From the NCBI GenBank assembly GCA_003990765.1, contig RBNJ01000028.1:1-49985 (forward strand): a DNA stretch of 49,985 nt. The letters are read 5' to 3'. Positions 36,319 to 46,347 of this stretch are shown here, one piece after another. The notes below the pieces were generated by a model, which searched no databases, was not told the origin of the DNA, and saw only the letters and a program-made list of their open reading frames with translations. The stretch comes from Jimgerdemannia flammicorona. Lineage: Eukaryota. Positions within the stretch are counted from its first letter, which is position 1, and each line of letters begins with the position of its first letter. The position numbers were made by a program, and so were the translations under genes.

Positions 36319-38255
36319 GACGTGAAGAATCTACTATAGAAGAGAAAGGAGAATCCAAAGATGGAAATGATCCCAGAGTTAATCCCTGAATCAATCTAGT
36401 GGATGACAGGCCAGAGGACAATATGTGGACTATGAACACTGTCCCCATCACCATTGGAGCCATTGTAGGTGAAATCAAAGGATGCCCTATCTGTCTCAAG
36501 AGACAAAAGTGTCCAGAGCACTCCTCTAAAATCATTAGGACAAGGAATTTACCTGGCAGAGCCTGCCTCAAGTAGAGAAGGAAGAAGAAGAAATGCATAC
36601 ATATTTCAGAAACACCTGTAGCCAAAGCTGCAGAAGTATAAGCAATTTGGGGTCAAGAATCAACTGAGGAAGAAGAAACCCCTGAACAGGAGATTTCTGA
36701 ACAAGAAGCACCTGAAGAAGAAGTGGTCCCTGAACTCATTTCTTGGGATAACTCTCACTGGACACCATTTGTAGATAATGACCCTTGGAATATTAAAGGA
36801 GGATCCAGCATAATCCCCATTATTCCAAAGTAAGAAACTCATCAAGAAGAGCCTTCTTGCTAGGGAGATGTCTACATCAAATGGTCTTCTACTCTCCTCA
36901 GGACTACTGGTATCAGTGCCATCTACTGGACCAGTAAGAGAGACAAAGACTCTAAATATTGGAACCCCCAACCACAGTTGCACAGTCAACCACTTTCCAA
37001 GAAATTACTACTAAGTTGCAAAGCTGATTTAGAGGGCAAGGTCTCTTTATCTGAACAGAAGTATATCCCTTAGCCACCCTTCTGTCAACTTATGATCAAG
37101 ATAGATACTGATTCCTAAGACAACAAGAGATCAATAACTGGGAACAGCATTTCTGAGCAATGGGATATTATAACCATAGAAACACCTAGACTGCTGAGAC
37201 TGCAGACATCAGAACATTCACCTCAATTATGATGTTGTGATCAATACCTTGAAGAGAGGAGATAACAGAGGCCAGATTCAAAAAAAACCAGACTAAGAAG
37301 CCAGGAAGAAGGACTCTCAAGATCTATAATTTAGGAGAAGACATCCTAGCCCTCATTAGATATACAACTCACTAAGGATGGATAGAAGATACCACCAACT
37401 TTATGGAAGCCCTAGACCCTATATGAAATAGAGGAATTAATTATCTCTGAGACCCATCTACTTTAGCAAGATGACCACACCTCAACCACAGAGCCTAGAG
37501 GCTCTCTACTAGTGAAGCTTCAGCTCAAGAACAGCTCAAACTCAGTAAGAATATTGCTCAGTATGCCCTGCTACATCCCAAGGCCAAACCCCCAACCAAA
37601 GCTCATTAAGAAGATATAGGGTATGACCTTCACAGCCTGGAGGACAAACCCATCAAGCCAGGAAGATCAGAACTGGACTAACCATATAGCCACCCCAAGG
37701 AACTTATATTCAACTGACCTTAATGTCTGCACTTGCTAGACAAGGAATAACTATAGAAGAAGGAATCATTGACTCAGGATATATAGGTGAAATTAAGGTC
37801 ATCCTGTACATCAGTAGTATAGAATAATACTAAATTATAAGAGGACAGAAGATTGCCCAAGCAGTCTTCATGAAAGTCCAGACTCTGTAATTACAAGAAG
37901 TCTCTGAACTAACTGAAGGAACAAGACAAGTCAAAGAATTTGGAAGCTCAGATAAGAAGGAAGTACATCTTCTTTAGGTCTACTATCTGAAGAAGAATTT
38001 TTCCCTACAAATATACTACCAATTAGTCAAGCTGTACATGAATCTCATCCTGGAGCCTGGAGAGCAAACCATCTTCGAAATCTTTGCACCACCTAATCCC
38101 AGAAACCTCTTCTTCAAACTCAATAAAGATATCCCAAACCTGGACATAGAGGGATACATATTTCTTGACAAGATAAATCTAGTGTACTCCTGAGCAACTA
38201 ACCAAAGTTGGGAAACCATCATCTTCCCAAAAGGAACCATCATAGGACATCTGGT
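36319..38255 (+). mobile_element. Ty3/Gypsy element D, left part: long pre-RT spacer and dUTPase (~37560-37952)
   Basis: GYDLHSLEDKPIKPG...IEEGIIDSGYIGEIKVIL...RGQKIAQAVFMKV...TEGTRQVKEFGSSD, then NQSWETIIFPKGTIIGHL. Continues after the LINE at 43505. Confidence 0.78.
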
Positions 38256-41200
38256 TTAGACATCTTTCTCACCAGTAACATTCAGGTGACACAAGACTCA
38301 GGCAATACATTCTACAGTATTTTTGGTAAAAGGTGACTAGCAATATAGATAGTAATGAATATACTGGAGAATATATCAGCCAGGGGGGCAGCAGTGCCTT
38401 TGACTGGCAGTATGTAGGGAGGAGGAGAGGTGATGGTTTGGAGATGCCAGGGCCTTCTGTGGCTGGCCATGGTGCTGGTGGAGGAGGAAGAGGCAGATTG
38501 AGACAATATGGAGGGGAGAGGATGACCTTTGTAGACAAAGTCAAGATGGGGAGAATGGCTTCGGGTCTGGATAGTTGGCTGGGCCTGGGGAAGGCATCAG
38601 TGGTTACTGTTGAGGGACAGGAAGGGAACTCCATGGGAGAGTCAGGCGGTAGGAGAGAGGGGGGAGTAGGGACTGGAGATATGACTACTGATGGAGCTGT
38701 GACTAGAGATCTGGTAAAAAATCCAGATGTGACAGTGGTTGGTGGTTCAGGTCAGAGAGTGGGCACAAGGCCTGGAGACCTGGCAGATAGTGTGATGGAC
38801 ATGGTGTTGGTACCATTACTTATGAAATCAAGGTTGGAATTTGCCATCACATTGTGTTTCTATAGCTTAGTGGTGACTGCTAGGATGATCTTAGGGCTGG
38901 TAGCACAGGAGGCAAAGGAAGCAGCTTTGGTAAAGTTCTTGAAGAGGAAAGAAGAGATAAAGGTTGAGTTCAAGAAATAGGTAGTATTGTAGGCAGCCAT
39001 GGTGAAAGAGGTAATAGTGGACAGAGTGGTGATCTCTATGGTCAGATGCATATACTGGGACACCTGAGTGGTACAGTTGATGGTATTGGATCTTCCTACA
39101 GTATCAAGGGAGAGGGCCAGAGAGTTGATTGTGGAGGTGGTCAAGGAGTATGGGGAGATTATAGACATTGGGTTCAAAGTCTGAGAAGGTATAGAGCTCT
39201 GGACTGGTGATGTCAACATCTGGGTAAGGCTGGCTAGAAAGGAGAACATGGGGAAGATGAGAGACTGGCTGGTGACTCTGAAGTGGGGACTGGTGGAGTG
39301 CAAGGTCATGAGGGTGAAAGGGACTCCAGAAGAGGAGGAGGATTTGCTAAAGGCTCTTGAGGATCTGGCAGGAGTGGTCAAGAGGCGGAGTAGTACTCCT
39401 AATAAGTAAATTTAATCTGGATTGGATTCAGATTGATTCAGATTGAATCCCATCTGGATCAACTTGGATGGGATTCGAATCCCATCTAGATGGATTCGAA
39501 TCAACCATTGTTTTGATTTCCAAATTAGACAATGAAATGTTTACATCAATAACTCAATGAATAATCATCCAAATTTGATAATATTGGTGTCATTTGAGAG
39601 CCCTTAATAGGGCCTATCTAATGATACCAAGAACATTGAAATCCGATCATGTGTTGCTGAGTTATGAAGGAAACCATCTGAATCAATGATTTTGGAAATT
39701 CTTCAATTTACCAATTTTGGAAATTTTGTCAAATAGAATGTTTTCCTTAATATCTCGGCAACGCATAATCCGATTTTAATGTTTTTCATATCATTAGAAA
39801 GGCCTTGTTAAGGGATTTAAAATTACATCAAGATCATCAAATTTGGATGATTATTCATTGAGTTATTGATGTAAACATTTAATTGTCTAATTTGGAAATC
39901 AAAACAATGGTTGATTCGAATCCATCCGAATCCCATCTGGATTGACTTGTTTGGAGCACTAAGGAGGAGATTGGCTTGAAAGGAGTATGAAGCCAAGACA
40001 GTAGTGGAAATGGTAGATGGGAAGAGGATCAGAATGGACCCAGTGGCATGGGAGAAGATATAGAGGAGGCAAATCCAGAAGGAGGCTGGAGAAGTTGGGT
40101 GGTGGTGGGGCTAGCAGCAGCACAGTGGAAGGGAGACCAGGTTTACAAGAGAGTGCCTGGGTGGGGGAACATAGGATGGCCCAAGGTGGGGCCCAGGGTA
40201 GATCAAGGGAGGAGGGATAGGGCAGCATGGAGGCAGATGTAGAAATGAGTAAGAAATTATGCTCTCAGTAAGGTGTCCCAGGTGGGGTAGAGGGTGAGGA
40301 GGAACTACTGGATATACAAGAAGAGGAGAGGGATAAGTTAGTGAGAAGGAGCACTTTGGTGGACCCAGAGGTGGGGGTTGAACAGGTTGGCCAGGGTGCA
40401 GCAGAGGTGGTAGACAAGGAGAAGTGGCTGTGAAAGACTCTGGAGGGGGTAGCAGCAGAGGAGCTGCAGGGAGAGGACTTCTAGGTTATAGAAGAGAGGT
40501 ATTGAGACGAAATACTGCATGGGGAGAAGGTACCAAGGAAGGTTAGAAATGAGATTCTAGTGGTACTCTTGGAATCAGTTGAATATCAAGTGGATGATCA
40601 GAGAGAGGAGGAACTTTGGGTAATTGTGAATGAAAGGGCAGCATTCTTATAGAGATTGAGAAAGAGTGGAGAGTGGTCTGTACAGATTATTGGATGGAGA
40701 TGAAAGTGGTGGATGGGGTGAAATATCAAGAAATCTTAGAGGCATTGGATGCTCAAGCTATAGTGGAAGGTGACCTGGAAGTAGAGAGGTGCTTGAATCT
40801 GGCTAGGGATGAGATGAGCAAGGAATACTAAACTAGGTTCTCAAATTCAATCATTATTCAATATGAACAGTACAATCAGAATATTCTCTTTGAACATTAA
40901 TGGATTGAGAGGGGCAGCTTGGCAAAGGTACTTATTTGGTTGGCTCAGGGGATTGGATGCAAATCCCTTCTTACTGCAGGATATATGTTATGAGGTAGAT
41001 GTAGACTTACAGGATTGGACTAGAGAATGTCGGGGGGCAGCAGTATAGTCTGGACAAATGAGTATCCTAGTTCATCAGGGGATTGGGAAATTGACAACAT
41101 TGGACACTGGGGGAGTTGATTGGTGTGGAGAGTGTGGACAAGGTCGAGATAGAGCCCTTTGACTGTTGGGTCATGTTATTGCCCAGCAGAGAGGAGGGAA

Positions 41201-43504
41201 CAGGTAGATTGGATTAGAAATTTGAAAGAGGCTAGCATCATGAGTGAGGCAGGGATTGACTGCCTGGGGGGGGGATTTCAACATAGTATAAGATAATGTG
41301 GTGGACAGAACTGATGGTGGTAGAGGAATGAGGAGCTGAAGTGGCAGGGTGGATGATTGGATGGAGATTGAGCAGTTGAGTTCTTTGGTTGATTCAGAGA
41401 GACAGTTTTGGGAGGATCATTGAATTTATACTCACTTGGCAGCAGGGCTAGGCTCCAGAATCGACTGAATATTGATGGTGGAGTGATGGGGGGTAGATGT
41501 CTGGGCCATGCTAGAGTTGGTTTGGTGCCTATGGTCAGATCACTGGGGTCTGTTAGATGGGGGGAGGTTTGGGAGAAGTGGGGATGGGCCTGGACATTGG
41601 CGACTGAATTCCTCTTTGTTAGAGGATGGTGCTTTATAAGAGTAGGTCATTGGGAAAATTAGTAGCAGGGCCTGGTGATTGGGGATCGCTGGTGGAGGCT
41701 GAAATCAAGTGCTCAGGGGTACTGGAGGGAGGTAGAGAAAGGAAGAAGTATTCAGTAGTGGCAGAGAGTGCTATGGGCTTCCCAGCAATTGGTGGCACTC
41801 CTGGGGAGATGGGTGGAGGCATTAGAGAATTAGGAGGTGGCTGACTGGCATATTGTACAGATTTGAAAGGAAGTTGAGGAGCTTAAGGAAGTGATATGAA
41901 TGGAGGAAGAGCTTAAGTTGAAAGAGATGATGGCAAGACTGAGGTGGTAAGGGTTAGAGGAGAGTGACTGACCCACTAAGTTTTTATCATAGTTGCTATA
42001 AGTACAGAGAACTAAACAGTAGTGGGATGGTCTTTTGGATGAGGATAGAAAGATGGTAGTGGAGACTCTGATAATTCTGGAATTGCTAAGAACCTGATGG
42101 AAGGATCTATGGAGTGAGGAAGAAGGGGGTGAGAATGTCTTGAACATTGAAAGACAGTTGGAGAATTGGCATCCAGACCCAGCAATGGGCCTGGGAACTC
42201 TGGGGGACCCAGTGAGGAGGGAGGAAATTTGCAAGGTTTTGGCTTTGACAAGCAAGGGGATGGTGCCAGAAGAGAATGGGCTTCCCTAGGATTTTTGGAC
42301 AAAGATGGCTGGGGTGGAGGTGGTATTGGAGGAGATGATGGTGACAAAGGCAGGCTAGGCTTAGTGGACTTTACCAAACGTCTTCATTGCTTAAGAGCAT
42401 GGTGGCTGAAGAGGGTGAGCAAGTTGAGGGGCCAGGAGTGGGTACCACTCATGCAGAGAGAGTAAGAGGCCCAGTATTCCCCCTATGGAGCATCTGGTAA
42501 TCTGCTTGCAATAGTGGCCCTGGATGAGAGCAGGAGAATGTAGTATGGGGGCTTTTGGTGGTGGGTGGTGGATGGCATAAGGAGATTTGGACTTCAGTGG
42601 CAGGGTAGTGAGAGAGAGAAAGATTGGGGACTGCAGATGTGGAGATAAGACAGGCTATTACTGTGTGGTACTTTGGTAGAGAATTTCTGACTTGGCAATG
42701 GAATTGATTGTATGCAGGGCTTAGGGGGGGATCTTTGGCCTGAAGCATGGCAGAGGGTGGGAATTGATGAAGAGTGGAACTGAAATAGCCTTTGGCCTTG
42801 GAGCAAGCAGGTGATGTGGTGGCTTTCCCCTAAGTTTTGGGTGATATGGTAGTGGTTTCTAAGATAGAATGTGATGTTGAACTATCAGTCTAGGGACTTA
42901 GTGGTGGATGGTATATTTGAGTGTAAGGAATATATATATGTTAGACAGGAGGGGGGAGTGGTACAAATGCCTGAACATTGGCTTGGTGAGTGTGACATTC
43001 TTGGGGAGTTTTGGCACCATATTGGAGACCAGTTAGGGCTGCAAGCCCTGGTGAGGGGGGAAGGGAGGAGATTGGGGAGACCTCTGCCAAAGGCTAGTGG
43101 GCAGGGTTGGGGACAAATGACTGATCTTGGGTTGGGCTCTGGTAATTTGGGTTGGGCTGGCTGGACATTGATTATATATATCCAAGGATGGTCAGCAGGT
43201 TGGAGATAGGGCTAGGGTGGCCTAATAAGAATGGCTATTACTGGACATTTTGAATAGCTGGTGGAGAGGGTGGGGGGAGCTGATAGAGTTTGGTGAATCG
43301 TATTTGTCAGAAAAGTGGAGAGAGAATTCAGGTAGTGGGGGACTGGGTTATCCTCTGATAGAGAGAGATAGAGGATAGAGTAAGGGATCTGAGGGGTATC
43401 AGTTGAGGGGATGCAGGTGAAATTGTAGTATTATTTATAGATTGTAATGAAAGTAATAAATGGAAGTCTAAGTGACTTTAAAAAAAAAAAAAAAAAAAAT
43501 AAAA
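38256..43504 (+). mobile_element. L1/Tx1-type LINE copy 2 (ORF1 split by a MITE, APE, RT core deleted, poly A)
   Basis: ORF1 fragment 38333..38980, ORF2 start MNSTIRIFSLNINGLRG (40863), deletion junction at ~42343, A tail 43480-43504, 14-bp TSD ATAGGACATCTGGT (38242-38255)/ATAGGATATCTGGT (43505-43518). Confidence 0.9.
39391..39961. mobile_element. hAT-type MITE (571 bp) with a long internal fold-back
   Basis: TIRs TAGTACTCCTAATAAGT / reverse complement TAGTGCTCCAAACAAGT. 8-bp TSD AGGCGGAG / AGGAGGAG. Internal inverted arms 39489-~39675 and ~39742-39926. Confidence 0.85.
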
Positions 43505-44220
43505 ATAGGATATCTGGTGCATTTTCTCAATTAAACTCATAGAGAAGTTGATGAACTAAATTTATCAGAAAATGGCAAAAGGTCTCAGAAGAAAGGAAAG
43601 GCCTCTCTGTGATCCAGAAGATAGTGAATCCTTCTACCAATATTGGAGAAAATTGATACCTCAGTAATAGAAACAACTAGTGGAACTCCTCAATAAATAT
43701 CAAGATATCTTCACTACAGACTATGGCAACCTGCCATACAACCTATCATATAAACATAGTATAAATACAGGAAATGCAATACCCATCTGGCAGAAATCTT
43801 ACAGAATACCTCACCACCTAAAGATATTTGAAAAGGAGCACATTCAAGAACTCTTAGACAATAGAGTCATCTAACCCTCAACTAGCTCTTGGGCTAGCCC
43901 TATATTTATTGTACTAAAAAAAGGAGGATGGAGACTCTGTATAGACTACAGAAAACTCAATTCAGTTACTGAAAAAGATATCTATCCTTTGCCCAGAATT
44001 GATGACCTTTTGGATTAGTTATATGATGCCAGATACTTCAGTAGTATAGACCTTTTTACAGAATTCCATGAGACCCCCATAGACCCCAAAGACATTTAAA
44101 AGACTGCCTTCCTTGCTCTGGGAAAACTTTTTGAATACCTCTAAATGCTCTTTGGACTTTGCAATATACTTCCCACCTTTCAGAGAATGATGAATTCAGT
44201 CTATACCCCCCTGATTCACC
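43505..44220 (+). pseudogene. pol: Ty3/Gypsy element D, right part: RT N-terminal half, truncated before YXDD
   Basis: LLNKYQDIF...HSINTGNAIPIWQKSYRIP...[42 protein letters not shown]...MLFGLCN...FQRMMN. Confidence 0.88.
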
Positions 44221-44429
44221 ACTGCTACAGATAGGCTATATTCAATCTATAAATGAAATGTCCAAGCATTGATACAGATACAATTCTCCCTGAATGACAT
44301 AAAAAACATAAATTCTGCCACTTACTAGAGCATCATTAACTATCAGACCTTTCACCGGTAACATTCGGGTGACACAAACTTCAGGCAACACTTTCAACAT
44401 CGTTTTCAAGTCTTGGTGTTATTAACCTA

Positions 44430-46313
44430 GTGAGCAACACGCACTCTGGTGAGCGTACTGAACAGGGGGGCCCCAGTGCCTTTGACTGGCAGCATGTGGG
44501 GGGGGGTCAAGGTGCTGGTGTTGGTATACCGAGTGCTTCTTTGAGGGGACGCGGGGCCGGGAGTGGCAGCAGAGGAGGTGCAAGGCCACATGGAAAGGGG
44601 AGGATGACCTTCGCGGACAAGGTCAGGATGGGAAAACAGGCGACTGGGCTGGATGGCTGGCTGGAGCTAGGAAAGGCAACTGCCACCACGAGGGGCAAGG
44701 AGGCCTCTCCACTGGTGGGTCAGCGTAGGGGGGCTGGAGGAGTAGGGGCTGAGGAAGTGACTGCTGATGGCAGTGTGACGGGCAATCTGGAAAAAAATCC
44801 AGATGTGACGGCTGATGAGGGACCTGGACAGGGGTGTGGCATGAGGTCTGGTGACCTGGCTGATGGTGTGACGGGCCTGGTGGCAGCCCCGTTACTCAAG
44901 AAGTCTAGATCGGAATTCGCCGTTACACTGTGCTTCCGTGGCTTGGCGGTGACGGCGAAGATGGTGCTAGGGTTGCTGGCTAGTGAGGTGAAGGGTGCAG
45001 CCTCGGTCAAGTTCTTGAAGAAGCTGGAGGCAGTTGAGGTGGGGTTTGAAGAGGAAGGTTTGCTACTGAAGGCAGTGGAGAAGGGTGTGGTGGTTGGGGG
45101 GATTTCGGTACCAATGGCAAGGTGCATGTGCTGGGATCCCAGGGTAGTTTATCTGGTGATTGCGGATTTGCCGACAGTGAAGAAGGAACAGGCGAGGGAG
45201 CTGGTCACCGATGTGATGAAGGAGTATGGTGAGGTGGTCGATATTGGCTTTAGGGTTTGGGAGGGGACAGAGCTTTGGACAGGTGATGTGGACATCCGGC
45301 TGCAGTTGTTTGGGATGGAGAATACCGGGAAGGCCAAGGACTGGCCAGTGGCGCTGAAGTGGGGACCAGTGGAGTGCAAGGTGTCGCGAGTGAAGGGGTC
45401 AGCAGAAGATGAGGAGGACTTGCTGGAGGCGCTTGAGGACCTGGCGGGGGCGGTAGAGAGGAGGCGGAAGGCTTGGATGGCATATGAGGCTGGGACGGTA
45501 GTGGAGGTGATTGAGGGCAAGAAGGTGCAAATGGACAAGGTGCTCTGGGAGAAGGCGAAGGGACGACAGCTGCAGAAGGATTTGCTGGCCAGCTTGGATG
45601 GGGGTCCGAAGACAGGGGCTATGGCAGAGGGCACTGGAGCAAGTGCGAGCATCTGGGCAGGGCCTGGGAATCAGGAGGGAGAGGCAAAGGAGAACGGGGG
45701 TCAGGGGCCGGAGGGGGTGGTAGTGGACACGGCGATGGCAGATGATGATCGGGTCCAGTATGGTGTCCCCGAGGTGGGAGAGGGGGAGTTGGAGGATGTG
45801 TCGGAGGATGGTTGGGATGAGTCTGTGCAGACTGAGGAGAGGAAGGAGGGAGAGGAGGAATCGGTGCAGGCAGCGGAGGTAGTTGGGGGGGAGAAGTGGC
45901 TGGTGAGGGCACTGCAGAACGTGGCGGCTGAGGAACTGGGGGAGATTGATTTCAGGGTGATTAGTGAGGAATTCTGGGGGCGAGTGCTGAGGGGAGAGGA
46001 GGTTGTGCGAAAGTTGAGAGATGAGTTGATGGCTGCGCTTCTGGAGGCTGAGGAGTATGAGGTTACCGAGGTGAGGGAGGCGACTCTCTTGGGTATTGCC
46101 AATGAAAGGGCAGCATATCTGTGGGGGCCGCTGAAGGGACTGGCGAAGTGGCAAGTAGTGTGCGAGGAGCACCGGGTGACGATGGATATGGTGGATGGCG
46201 CGGACTGTGCGGAAATGTTGGCTGCTCTGAATGAACAGCAAAATGTCGAAGTTGAGATTGTGGCAGAACGCCACCTGGATCTGGCAGGAGAGGAAGTGAG
46301 CATGGAATTATAG
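44430..46313 (+). CDS. LINE ORF1 protein (probable tandem RRM-like region, acidic C-terminal half)
   Basis: 627 open codons. VYLVIADLP...MKEYGEVVDIGF...WTGDVDIRL resembles ORF1p RRMs. Position upstream of ORF2. Start uncertain (GTG at 44430, first ATG at 44604). Confidence 0.8.
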   Translation: MSNTHSGERTEQGGPSAFDWQHVGGGQGAGVGIPSASLRGRGAGSGSRGGARPHGKGRMTFADKVRMGKQATGLDGWLELGKATATTRGKEASPLVGQRRGAGGVGAEEVTADGSVTGNLEKNPDVTADEGPGQGCGMRSGDLADGVTGLVAAPLLKKSRSEFAVTLCFRGLAVTAKMVLGLLASEVKGAASVKFLKKLEAVEVGFEEEGLLLKAVEKGVVVGGISVPMARCMCWDPRVVYLVIADLPTVKKEQARELVTDVMKEYGEVVDIGFRVWEGTELWTGDVDIRLQLFGMENTGKAKDWPVALKWGPVECKVSRVKGSAEDEEDLLEALEDLAGAVERRRKAWMAYEAGTVVEVIEGKKVQMDKVLWEKAKGRQLQKDLLASLDGGPKTGAMAEGTGASASIWAGPGNQEGEAKENGGQGPEGVVVDTAMADDDRVQYGVPEVGEGELEDVSEDGWDESVQTEERKEGEEESVQAAEVVGGEKWLVRALQNVAAEELGEIDFRVISEEFWGRVLRGEEVVRKLRDELMAALLEAEEYEVTEVREATLLGIANERAAYLWGPLKGLAKWQVVCEEHRVTMDMVDGADCAEMLAALNEQQNVEVEIVAERHLDLAGEEVSMEL

Positions 46314-46347
46314 ATGCGGTGATATTATCACTCTCAAATACTTTGCT

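Noticed and set aside
36557-36602. Zn2Cys6-like half motif ACLK*RRKKKKC
   Set aside because: The second Cys position is a stop codon and the other three Cys are missing, so it is not called as a transcription factor domain.
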